NCBI GenBank assembly: GCA_022448085.1
Contig: JAKUTH010000004.1
Location: 14,883-78,882 of the forward strand
Reading direction: 5' to 3'
Origin: Pseudomonadales bacterium
Lineage (GTDB): Bacteria > Pseudomonadota > Gammaproteobacteria > Pseudomonadales > Azotimanducaceae
Length of the DNA stretch: 64,000 bases
Position numbers and translations under genes: made by a program. The stretch's first letter is position 1. The number at the start of each line of letters is the position of its first letter. Shown here in pieces: positions 41,064 through 50,045 of this stretch. The notes beneath the pieces were generated by a model. The model was not told where the DNA came from and did no database searches. It saw only the letters and a program-made list of their open reading frames with translations.

Positions 41064-42620
41064 TCAGGGGCGTATCGGGAATTGAACGGGCCCCTTAAGT
41101 TCCTCCAACACCGGCTGGATCCATTCCACCCATTCACATAAGGTCGGACGCGTTTCCCGCGGATCAATTAGTTCATGCACCGCAAAAGATTCTGCACGCG
41201 GAAAGGGAGACCTCGCGCTACGCAGCCGTTCTTCAATTTCGTGACGTTTGGCCTCCGGATCATCCGCACCGTCAATTTCACGGTGATAAGCAACCGCAAC
41301 GCCTCCTTCGAGAGGAAGCGCACCAGATTCCACTGAGGGCCATGCGAGAATGTACGCGTCTGGAGCGTAATGGGCCGCCGTTGCAACTCCGAATCCTTTA
41401 TGGACTTGAATTACGGCCCAGGGAATCGTCGCTTGCGCCGCGGCGGCAACCGCTGCCATACCGTAACGTATCGTACCCTTACGTTCGGCCTCTGGACCGA
41501 TCATAAATCCAGGCTGATCGACAAAGTTCACTACGGGTACATGAAACGTATCGCAAAGTTCCACGAAGCGCCGATACTTCTGCGCCGCTTCTGCCGTCAT
41601 CGCGCCAGCGTATACACGACAGTCATTTGCCAGAACGCCGACCGCCTGACCACTCAAACGCGCAAATCCCACAACTTGGCTATCGCCAAAATCTCGCCCG
41701 AGTTCAAAGAATGAATTCTGGTCCATGACCATGTTGACAACTTCCCGCATGTCGAAGGCCGCGTTCGAGTCGCGTGGCACCGCGTGTAAAAGTTCCTCTT
41801 CCATGCGCTGCGGATCATCAACGCATTCCAACCGCGGTGTTCGCTCGTACACGCTACTCGGCAGATAACTCAGGAAACGACGACACTGGGCTAACGCGTC
41901 GTGCTCGTCCTCAGCGATATTGTCCACAAGACCGCTCCGCGCATGCACTTTTGCCCCGCCAAGCTCGTCTTTCGTCATCGAAACTCCAAGCGCACGCTCC
42001 ACGAGTTTAGGACCGCCAATGAGTATCTGAGCCGTGTATCGAGTCATAACAGAAAAGTGAGAGGCTGCCATCCGTCCAGCAGGAAAACCTGCAACTGCGC
42101 CCCCTGCCATAGACGCGACTGGTACCTGGCCCATCGCGTCCGCAATGATGCGAAATCGCGGCGGCGAGAACACGGGCTCTCCCACCGTCCCGCCTCGACG
42201 TCCGCCACCACCTTTGACGCTGCCGCCCCCACCCTCAAGCATTCGGACGAGCGGCACCTTGTATTGCACTGCGAGGTGCTCAGCATAAACGCTCTTTCGT
42301 AAACCAGCTGAGTTGGGCGATCCTCCTTTAAGAGTAAAGTCTTCTCCACCCACCACGACACGCCGACCATCGACCTTGCCGAAACCGACGATGTAATTGG
42401 CAGGTACGAACCCCGTGAGCTGATCATCCTCATCGTATTCAGGAATCGCCGTCGCTTTCCCGTGCTCCTGAAACGATCCAGGATCCAAGAGCGCGTCGAT
42501 CCGTTCGCGGATCGTCAGCCGACCACGCGCGTGCTGCTTGGCAATGCCTTCTTTGCCGCCTTGGGTACGAGCGATACGACGTCGTCGTTTGAGCTCGTCA
42601 ACCTCATCTAGCCAACTCAC
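41064..42620 (-). CDS. acyl-CoA carboxylase carboxyltransferase (beta) subunit
   Basis: 518 aa with KQHARGRLTIRERIDALLDPGSF and tandem crotonase-like CT domains (PCC/MCC beta family). Confidence 0.88.
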   Translation of the reverse strand: MSWLDEVDELKRRRRIARTQGGKEGIAKQHARGRLTIRERIDALLDPGSFQEHGKATAIPEYDEDDQLTGFVPANYIVGFGKVDGRRVVVGGEDFTLKGGSPNSAGLRKSVYAEHLAVQYKVPLVRMLEGGGGSVKGGGGRRGGTVGEPVFSPPRFRIIADAMGQVPVASMAGGAVAGFPAGRMAASHFSVMTRYTAQILIGGPKLVERALGVSMTKDELGGAKVHARSGLVDNIAEDEHDALAQCRRFLSYLPSSVYERTPRLECVDDPQRMEEELLHAVPRDSNAAFDMREVVNMVMDQNSFFELGRDFGDSQVVGFARLSGQAVGVLANDCRVYAGAMTAEAAQKYRRFVELCDTFHVPVVNFVDQPGFMIGPEAERKGTIRYGMAAVAAAAQATIPWAVIQVHKGFGVATAAHYAPDAYILAWPSVESGALPLEGGVAVAYHREIDGADDPEAKRHEIEERLRSARSPFPRAESFAVHELIDPRETRPTLCEWVEWIQPVLEELKGPVQFPIRP

Positions 42621-43444
42621 TGAGGATCCCTAAATACCGGAGCCCGCTTTTCGAAGTTAGCGTATACCGCTTCGATTTGATTTTCGGAGCCTAAAAGATC
42701 CTTCTGCAGAGTCGCCTCGAGGGAAAGTCCGGTCTCGGCATCGCCGTGCCACGATTTCTCATAGAGGTGTTTGCTCGCTCGTACCGCGTGCGGATTCCTA
42801 CCCGCGATCTCTGCTGCTAGAGCTTTCGCAGTTGCCAACGGATCTTCGGCAAGGTGCGAAACAAGTCCAATCCTCTCAGCTTCGACGGCGCTTACGATTC
42901 GACCGGTAAACGTCAACTCCTTGGCTACATCGAGCCGGACAACATCACGTAAGGTTTGGGTAATGGACATGTCTGGAATAATTCCCCATTTGATCTCCAT
43001 GACCGAAAACTTTGCGTCTGGGGACGCAATACGAATATCCGCGCCGAGAGCAATTTGACAACCGCCGCCGTAGGCGACGCCGTGTACGGCTGCGATGACC
43101 GGCATGGGTAATGTTTTCCAAACATACGCTGGCCTCTGCGCATGGTTTTCAGGACGTTCGTCGCGCTGCAAGAGGCCACTTCCGACGTCGCCGCCCGATT
43201 CAGCTGCATCCGCCATGCCTTGAAAACTGTCGAAATCTAAGCCAGCGCAAAACCCGGGGCCGTTTCCCGAAAGCACCACGGCCCGCACATCCATTGCCGA
43301 TGCTAAGCTCTCGCCTGCCTCAATGATCGCCGTAAACATATCGCCCGAGAGCGCATTGTATTTCTCCGGCCGATTCAGCCTTACATCCGCAATTCCGCAA
43401 TCAATATCGATTGTGACTATGTCGGACATTGTCTCGCTCCCCAA
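42617..43444 (-). CDS. enoyl-CoA hydratase/isomerase family protein
   Basis: 275 aa with FCAGLDF and HGVAYGGGCQIALGAD. There is a 4-nt overlap with the CT gene. Confidence 0.88.
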   Translation of the reverse strand: MGSETMSDIVTIDIDCGIADVRLNRPEKYNALSGDMFTAIIEAGESLASAMDVRAVVLSGNGPGFCAGLDFDSFQGMADAAESGGDVGSGLLQRDERPENHAQRPAYVWKTLPMPVIAAVHGVAYGGGCQIALGADIRIASPDAKFSVMEIKWGIIPDMSITQTLRDVVRLDVAKELTFTGRIVSAVEAERIGLVSHLAEDPLATAKALAAEIAGRNPHAVRASKHLYEKSWHGDAETGLSLEATLQKDLLGSENQIEAVYANFEKRAPVFRDPQ

Positions 43445-43543
43445 AACTCACTAAATAAGTGTGACACAAGCGATCCAAACATCCATACCGAACGAGCCAG
43501 TGGTTCCCCCGTTAGGCATACAAACAACTAAGGATTAGCAATA

Positions 43544-43765
43544 TTAGTCTTCGATGAAGGCAACGACTTGATCTTCTTCCACAGAATCTTCCGGCTGTAC
43601 CAACAGCTCGGTCACGGTACCTTCTTGTGGACTTTCCACGGGAATTTCCATTTTCATCGACTCGATAATGACAAGGACATCCCCCTCGGTGACGCTATCG
43701 CCAACCGTGACCTCTACTTTCCAGACAGTCCCTGTGACTTCGCTTTCGACCGGATACCGAGCCAT
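43544..43765 (-). CDS. stand-alone biotin carboxyl carrier (biotinyl domain)
   Basis: 73 aa with the biotinylation motif ESMKME inside a GDxVxxGDVLxIIE...V hammerhead pattern. Confidence 0.88.
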   Translation of the reverse strand: MARYPVESEVTGTVWKVEVTVGDSVTEGDVLVIIESMKMEIPVESPQEGTVTELLVQPEDSVEEDQVVAFIED

Positions 43766-43788
43766 GTTGATCTCCGCTAAACAGGCGT

Positions 43789-45111
43789 TTATAGCAGATC
43801 GCCAAGGAAGGCGGTATCAAGCTTCGCCTCGATAAAACGAGCACTCTCCAAAATGCGACATAGGAGAGTAGCGTTGGTTTTGACACCTTTCACTTCGATC
43901 GCGCGGAGAGCGATTAACGTACGGGCAATGGCTGCTTCCCGAGTCCCCCCCTTGCCGATCACCTTGGCTAACAATGGATCGTAGTATGGGGTCACGGTAT
44001 TCCCCTCCCGATAACTCGCTTCGATGCGAACACCCGCCATGTCTGGAACTCTGAAAACGCTTAAGTGCCCGGGGTAAGGCAACATGCTTTCAGGATCTTC
44101 CGCGTAAAGCCTCGCTTCGACCGCGTGTCCGTCAATCCCGGGTCGCTCAGGTAGAAGAGTCGAAAGTCGGTCCCCCGAAGCAATTCGTAATTGCAGATCG
44201 ACAAGGTCCAACCCCGTGACTTCCTCAGTTACGCCGTGTTCGACCTGCAATCTGGTGTTCATCTCTAGAAAACCAAAGCGGCCTTGGTCGTATAGCGTTT
44301 CCACCGTGCCCAAACTGTCATAGCCGACCAACGCCTCCACAGCCCGTGAAGACAACTCGTCAATGTCGGAACGCTCTATCGCTGGCGCGGGGGATTCTTC
44401 GATGAGCTTCTGATGTCGCCGCTGGACCGAACAATCCCGCTCGTACAGGGCCAGCAACGTTTCGCCATCGCCAATCAGTTGCACTTCGACATGTCGCGAA
44501 CCCTGAAGAAACTTTTCGAGAAATACCGTCGATTGACCGAACATCCGCTCGGCTAAACTGGTTGCCGCTGCGTACGCTGATGTTAAAGATTCGGGGTCCT
44601 CGGCAACGATCATACCGATACCGCCTCCACCGGCAGTGGGTTTGAGCATCACCGGGTATCCTATCGTTGCCGCGGCATTCGTCAGCATCGTTTGGTCACG
44701 AATTACTTCGCTCCCGGCATGCACCGGAAAGCCGTTTTCTTGCATCCATTGCCGGGCTTGCGTTTTCTCCCCCATGCGTTCTAACCAACTCGCAGCGGGC
44801 CCTATGAACTTCATACCTGCCGCCTCAACGGACCGGGCAAAATCAGGGTTTTCTGCTAGAAAGCCGTATCCTGGATGCACGGCATCGGCTTTGACCCGTC
44901 GCGCAGCCGCAACGATATTTTCTCCATTCAAGTACGTATCAACGGGCCGGTACCCGGGCAGACGCTCGGCGTGCGACGCCTCCTCGACATGCGGTAATTC
45001 TGCATCAATATCCGAGTAGACGGCGATGCTTTCGCAATCAAGAGCGTTACATGCGCGGATAATACGCCGCGCGACCGCACCCCGATTAGCCACCAAGACG
45101 CGTTCAAACAT
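43789..45111 (-). CDS. biotin carboxylase subunit (AccC-like, no fused BCCP)
   Basis: ATG at 45111 (MFERVLVANRGAVARRIIRA...) aligns with the AccC N-terminus. An ATP-grasp motif is present. The track start at 45246 is an over-extension. Confidence 0.9.
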   Translation of the reverse strand: MFERVLVANRGAVARRIIRACNALDCESIAVYSDIDAELPHVEEASHAERLPGYRPVDTYLNGENIVAAARRVKADAVHPGYGFLAENPDFARSVEAAGMKFIGPAASWLERMGEKTQARQWMQENGFPVHAGSEVIRDQTMLTNAAATIGYPVMLKPTAGGGGIGMIVAEDPESLTSAYAAATSLAERMFGQSTVFLEKFLQGSRHVEVQLIGDGETLLALYERDCSVQRRHQKLIEESPAPAIERSDIDELSSRAVEALVGYDSLGTVETLYDQGRFGFLEMNTRLQVEHGVTEEVTGLDLVDLQLRIASGDRLSTLLPERPGIDGHAVEARLYAEDPESMLPYPGHLSVFRVPDMAGVRIEASYREGNTVTPYYDPLLAKVIGKGGTREAAIARTLIALRAIEVKGVKTNATLLCRILESARFIEAKLDTAFLGDLL

Positions 45112-45409
45112 TTCCCAGTCGCTCCACGTATGCCACGTAGTTGCACCATATTTCGCCAAATCGTCCGACCCGACGGACAGTCGTAGCGAACGTACCACGA
45201 CCTGCGACGACGGCTCGATCGATGGAATCGCTAAGCCCCAGCGCAACGTCGCTTAAATCGTTGATCACGAACATATCTGCATGGGCATCGCCCAAGTGGC
45301 TCCTCGCGGGAGGCAGTGGTTTCTCGGCTCGTTCAGCCGTCTGCTCAATCATCCATCGAGATAGGACGTCGGGTTGCTCGCATCGCTGTTTATAGGCTTG
45401 CCGCCACAT
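45104..45409 (-). CDS. hypothetical protein (questionable)
   Basis: 101 aa ORF filling the purC-to-BC gap. Its ATG is 4 nt after the purC stop, and its stop overlaps the BC start (ATGTTTGA). I recognise no family, and overlapping alternative-frame ORFs exist. Confidence 0.3.
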   Translation of the reverse strand: MWRQAYKQRCEQPDVLSRWMIEQTAERAEKPLPPARSHLGDAHADMFVINDLSDVALGLSDSIDRAVVAGRGTFATTVRRVGRFGEIWCNYVAYVERLGNV

Positions 45410-45412
45410 GGG

Positions 45413-46339
45413 TCAGAGAACGAGATCTTCTCCCGTTAACCGAGCGTACGCTTCCAGGTATTTCGTCATTGTGTCATCGATTACGTGTGCTGGTAATGCT
45501 GGTCCCGGAGGCGTTTTGTCCCACACTTCAGCCGTAACAAGTTCTTCTAAGTAATTACGCACAAATTGTTTGTCAAAGCTCGGTTGTTCGGACCCCGGCT
45601 CCCACAAATCTGCCGGCCAAAACCGCGAGCTGTCGGGGGTGAATATTTCGTCGATCAGTATTGGCGTGGTGGCACCCGCCGGGACTCCAAATTCAAACTT
45701 TGTATCGGCCAAAATAATCCCACGCTCAAAGGCATAATCCCGCGCATCTCGATACAACGAAAGTGTCGTTTCTTTAAGCCACTCCATGGTTTTGACGCCG
45801 ACAATCTCAATCCCTTGTTCAAAACTAATGTTTTCGTCGTGCAGACCGGCTTCGGCTTTTGTGGACGGCGTGAACAAAGGTTCGTCCAAGCGGTCGCTGT
45901 TCACCAAACCTTCCGGTAATTCAATCCCGCAAACGCGACCCGTGGTTTGGTAATCCTTCCATCCACTGCCAGTGATATAACCCCTTGCAATGCATTCAAT
46001 CGGTACGACTTCCGTCGCCCGACAAAGCATTATTCGGCCGCTAAGAAGCTCTTTTTTTTTGTCACTTATACCAGCTACGTCTTCTACGGCTGTCGAGACA
46101 AGGTGATGATCCATCCTGTCGCCGAAGTAATCGAACCAAAATCGGGAAATTTGCGTCAAAACGACACCCTTGCCTGGCAGGCCATTGGCCATCACCACGT
46201 CAAAGGCGCTGGTCCGATCCGTGGCGACAATCAATAGTCCGGGATCGCCATCGGGAAGCACCACGTCGTATAAATCCCGGACTTTTCCGCTTCTTTTGTT
46301 AGGCAAATCGAGATCGGTCTGCATGACTAACTGCGCCAT
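45413..46339 (-). CDS. purC: phosphoribosylaminoimidazole-succinocarboxamide synthase (long form)
   Basis: 308 aa with SGKVRDLY, TDRTSAFD and LADTKFEFG motifs. Confidence 0.93.
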   Translation of the reverse strand: MAQLVMQTDLDLPNKRSGKVRDLYDVVLPDGDPGLLIVATDRTSAFDVVMANGLPGKGVVLTQISRFWFDYFGDRMDHHLVSTAVEDVAGISDKKKELLSGRIMLCRATEVVPIECIARGYITGSGWKDYQTTGRVCGIELPEGLVNSDRLDEPLFTPSTKAEAGLHDENISFEQGIEIVGVKTMEWLKETTLSLYRDARDYAFERGIILADTKFEFGVPAGATTPILIDEIFTPDSSRFWPADLWEPGSEQPSFDKQFVRNYLEELVTAEVWDKTPPGPALPAHVIDDTMTKYLEAYARLTGEDLVL

Positions 46340-46348
46340 GTACGTTCC

Positions 46349-47110
46349 TTACGCGCTGTTGCCGCCGTCAGCGGCATACACGGAACCCGTAATCCAACCG
46401 GCGTCGTCACTGGCTAGGAATAGCATGACCCGGGCGATGTCAATTGGCTCGGCATACCGTCCCATGGGGATCCGTTCGACAATACGGTCATGAACCGCAG
46501 TGCCCGCTCCTGGGGCAATGCCTTCCTCGAGGCTACGCATCATTCGGGTCTCAACGGGTGATGGATTGACCGTGTTGACCCGGATGTTCATCGCTGCGTA
46601 CTCCTTCGCCACAGATCGCATCAGACCAATCACCGCGTGTTTGCTGGTGGAATACGGCGCAACATTCTGCCCGCCGGATAAGCCAGCAACGCTCGAAGTG
46701 ATGACGATGCTACCACCGCCGCTCCGCATCATGGCCGGGATTACAGACTTTAACCCCAACCAGACCCCCTTCACATTAACCGCCATCACGCGGTCAAAGG
46801 TCGCTTCGTCGTATTCAAGCGTGGGTTTCACCGCACCCTCGATGCCGGCGTTGGCTAATAAAATGTCTACCGCTCCGTATCGTTGCTCCGCAACCGCGAT
46901 CATTCGATCGTTGTCGGCTGCGTTCGTTACATCGGTAACGCAATAACTGACTTGATTGCTCCCTATATCGTCGACGGTCGCCGCGAGTGCCTCCTCACTC
47001 AAGTCTGCGATAAGCACATTGGCCCCTTCCTCGGCGAAAAGCCGTGCAGCGGCTTCCCCGATACCTCCCGCACCGCCGGTGATCACCGCGGTCTTGTCCG
47101 CAAGTCTCAT
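46349..47110 (-). CDS. SDR-family oxidoreductase
   Basis: 253 aa with TGGAGGIG, NAGI and YSTSKHA. Confidence 0.9.
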   Translation of the reverse strand: MRLADKTAVITGGAGGIGEAAARLFAEEGANVLIADLSEEALAATVDDIGSNQVSYCVTDVTNAADNDRMIAVAEQRYGAVDILLANAGIEGAVKPTLEYDEATFDRVMAVNVKGVWLGLKSVIPAMMRSGGGSIVITSSVAGLSGGQNVAPYSTSKHAVIGLMRSVAKEYAAMNIRVNTVNPSPVETRMMRSLEEGIAPGAGTAVHDRIVERIPMGRYAEPIDIARVMLFLASDDAGWITGSVYAADGGNSA

Positions 47111-47143
47111 CGTGCCAGCCTCGCGCCGTCTGTTGTGCGAACC

Positions 47144-48370
47144 CTAGCTTTCAAGGGCCGCACTGAAATCTTCAACCAAATCGTCGACCTCTTCGATCCC
47201 CACAGAAATTCGGATAAGCGACTCTGCAATGCCCATTTCTGCTCGCCGAGCCGGCCCCATCTCGTGATAAATTGTCTGAGACACCGGTATCGCAAGTGTC
47301 CGATTGTCACCCAGATTACTCGACTTAATCACCACATTGAGCCGATTCAAGAAATCAAACGGTTCCATTTCCTGGCTCAATTCGAACGAAAACAACGCCC
47401 CTGGTTTTCTGAAAAGTTGGGCACTCCGCTGAAATTGGGGATGCTGGCTTAACCCAGGGTAGTACACCTGCGAAACCCTACCGTGGGAATCCAAGAATTC
47501 GGCCAACGTTTGGGCGCTGGCGCACTGTCTTTCCAATCTCAGCGCCAACGTCTCCGCACCGATACTGATGTGATGCGCGGCTTCAGCGCCCAGAGCCGCC
47601 CCAAAATCCCGGAGGCCTTTTTTTCGGATTTGGGTCATACCCCAATTCGCTGAATCACCTTTCTTATACGCTTCTTCGATGTGTGCATAGGACGCCCAAT
47701 CGAATTGTCCGGTGTCAGTTATCGCCCCGCCCAACGCGTTGCCATGCCCGCAGATACATTTGGTTAGGCTGTTGACAACAAGGCTCGCATCAACGTCGGT
47801 GGGCTGAAAAAGATACGGAGAGGTCATGGTGTTATCGACGATGTAAACGATCCCGTGGGCGCGACAAAGTGCACCAATCGCTTCAAGGTCACTGACTTGA
47901 GTACGTGGATTAGCAATAGTTTCAACAAACACCATCCTGGTGCGTTCGGTCAACGCTGCCTCAACCGCTTTCACGTCCGTGGCATCAACAAAAGCGACGT
48001 CGATTCCGTGAACGCCGAAGCTGCCAAAAAGGCTGTTGGTGTTGCCAAACAAAAATGAACTCGACACGAAATGATCGCCGGAGCGCATCAACGCGAACAA
48101 CATCGTTCCTATGGCCGCCATTCCCGTCGAAAAACAAATGGTCTGGCGACCTTTTTCCATCGCCGAAATCTTCGTCTCAAGTGCACGAACGGTCGGGTTG
48201 ACCTGGCGGCCATAGGAGTAACCCGAGCTCTTACCTTGAAATACGTCGGCGAGGTCCTGCACGTCGTCGTACCCATACGCGACGGTCGCGTGGATGGGTT
48301 TGTGAATTGATCCGTGTTCTACCGTACCCGAGCGGTCCGAGTGCACAATTCGTGTCGTAAAACCGACCAT
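47144..48370 (-). CDS. Cys/Met-metabolism PLP-dependent enzyme (divergent MetZ/MetY-like sulfhydrylase paralog)
   Basis: 408 aa with YGRQVNPTV, VDNTMTSP and the PLP-Lys block NSLTKCICGHGNALGG, which deviates from the usual S-x-T-K-[FYW] signature. Confidence 0.75.
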   Translation of the reverse strand: MVGFTTRIVHSDRSGTVEHGSIHKPIHATVAYGYDDVQDLADVFQGKSSGYSYGRQVNPTVRALETKISAMEKGRQTICFSTGMAAIGTMLFALMRSGDHFVSSSFLFGNTNSLFGSFGVHGIDVAFVDATDVKAVEAALTERTRMVFVETIANPRTQVSDLEAIGALCRAHGIVYIVDNTMTSPYLFQPTDVDASLVVNSLTKCICGHGNALGGAITDTGQFDWASYAHIEEAYKKGDSANWGMTQIRKKGLRDFGAALGAEAAHHISIGAETLALRLERQCASAQTLAEFLDSHGRVSQVYYPGLSQHPQFQRSAQLFRKPGALFSFELSQEMEPFDFLNRLNVVIKSSNLGDNRTLAIPVSQTIYHEMGPARRAEMGIAESLIRISVGIEEVDDLVEDFSAALES

Positions 48371-48455
48371 GCGCTGTAATCCGAATTGGGCCGGCGACTA
48401 TATCAGATCGTCAATGTCGCGGACGGCCCTGTTTGACTGTCGGTAGAAGGCAAGG

Positions 48456-49061
48456 TCAATCGAACGGTTGTTCAATTTCCACGAACGGCAACGTCCATAA
48501 ATCAAATACACGGGATAGCGCCGAGATGGCCAAAACATGACGCAACGATCCGTCGACAATCGCCGATCGGACCTGATCGATCGTATATAGATGCACCGCG
48601 ATCGCTTCGCCCTGACCAAGATCCTGCGAATCGTTCTTGGTCACTCCCTCGGCAAGAAAGTGGTGACACAAATGCGAATGAATCGCCGGATTAGGTTGTA
48701 CAGCACCTAACGACTTCCATCGGCCACCGCTGTAGCCGGTTTCCTCTTTGAGCTCTCGTTGTGCCGCTTGAAGTGGGGTTTCTCCGGAATCAACCATCCC
48801 GCCAGGCGTCTCAAGCGTGCACGAACCAACGCCAAAACGATACTGCTCGACCATGACGGACCGACCATCCTCGGTGAGGGCAACGACGTTGATCCAGTCA
48901 ACCGATTCGAGCACAAGCCGTTTTAGAATTCGGTCTTCGGTCGGATGTTTTAGCCAATCGAAACGGACATTCAGGATGCCGAGATCGGGCCCTGGTTCCG
49001 AGCGTACTTTCTGCCACTCAAGTTGATCGTCCATCAAATTTCTCCGCCCGACTTGCGACAT
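48456..49061 (-). CDS. NUDIX hydrolase (ADP-ribose pyrophosphatase-like)
   Basis: Canonical Nudix box GGMVDSGETPLQAAQRELKEETGY. The start is uncertain: ATG at 49130, 49061 or 49034. Confidence 0.8.
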   Translation of the reverse strand: MSQVGRRNLMDDQLEWQKVRSEPGPDLGILNVRFDWLKHPTEDRILKRLVLESVDWINVVALTEDGRSVMVEQYRFGVGSCTLETPGGMVDSGETPLQAAQRELKEETGYSGGRWKSLGAVQPNPAIHSHLCHHFLAEGVTKNDSQDLGQGEAIAVHLYTIDQVRSAIVDGSLRHVLAISALSRVFDLWTLPFVEIEQPFD

Positions 49062-49208
49062 ACTCCAATGAAATGGTTCAGCGTGCCAAGACCCCATCAC
49101 GACGAATGGCAGCAACAGTCTTGGCGTCATTCACCCGTTCGTATGTCTACGGATTCTCCGCCATTTCAGAACTCATCGCTGTTGATTACTTCCCTTTCGC
49201 CGACGAAC

Positions 49209-49958
49209 TTATTCGTTTTGAAGATGCTGCATTCCTTGCCGATGTAATTCCGGGGTCACCGTGTCGAATTGGAATCCTTCCTGCACCGAATCGACCAACG
49301 CCTCCACTGAACCGAAATCGGCCACTGAATTCAGGGTGGTCAGTGTCGGGTAAATCATTTGCCAGTCTCCCCTCTCATGCCGCTGCAACGCTTCTGTTGG
49401 CGAAATCCACTCCCCGGATACCGTCTCTCGATCGTCACCCACCGCTTGTTGCCCCCGTGGCATCGCCGCCAAAAAAAAACGTGTGTCAAAGCGGGCGGGC
49501 GCGGTTTCTGGGGTAATCCAGTGACTGAAGTAATGCACTCGATCCGTCGCTAACTCTAGTCCCTCACTGCCAATGATGGTGGCAAAGTCCAGCTCGCCCG
49601 CAAGAAGGCGTTCGCGTAGCCCTTGGTAATGGCTTCGTTCCGCGTCGTCACGAAAATAAAAGTCCTTACCCTGCCGTCGAACGAGAAGCACCCCGCTTTC
49701 CTCAAAACATTCTCGAATGACCGTGACCCAGTAACGAATTGCGTTGTCTTTCAGTCCCAACTTTCTTGCCGCCAGCTGTTCATTCAGCCCAAAGCACGAC
49801 GCTTCGAGATCGGCATCTTCTTGGTCAACTTTTCCGCCAGGAAACACATGCAAATCCGGAAAAACACCCCGTCCCGGTCTTTGCAACATGAACAGCTCAG
49901 GTCCTTTTTCACTAGGCCGAACCAGAAGAACCGTTGCCGCTTTACGGATATCGACCAC
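49209..49958 (-). CDS. NUDIX-fold protein with interrupted Nudix box
   Basis: 249 aa with GGKVDQE, a spacer of about 34 residues, then RECFEESGV. Confidence 0.65.
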   Translation of the reverse strand: MVDIRKAATVLLVRPSEKGPELFMLQRPGRGVFPDLHVFPGGKVDQEDADLEASCFGLNEQLAARKLGLKDNAIRYWVTVIRECFEESGVLLVRRQGKDFYFRDDAERSHYQGLRERLLAGELDFATIIGSEGLELATDRVHYFSHWITPETAPARFDTRFFLAAMPRGQQAVGDDRETVSGEWISPTEALQRHERGDWQMIYPTLTTLNSVADFGSVEALVDSVQEGFQFDTVTPELHRQGMQHLQNE

Positions 49959-50045
49959 TTCTCCTCCGCGCTCGTTCGTCCATCCAACCTCTACTACCCT
50001 GCATTATTTTAGGGAACCTTCTCATTCACCGATTTCGCGATCAAA

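Noticed and set aside
48371-48455. SAM riboswitch (SAM-II/SAM-V type) upstream of the MetZ-like gene, and likewise upstream of metY.
   Set aside because: I could not find the conserved 3' AAAGCU element or the expected pseudoknot partners. The region is only 85 bp. It needs a covariance-model scan before any claim.
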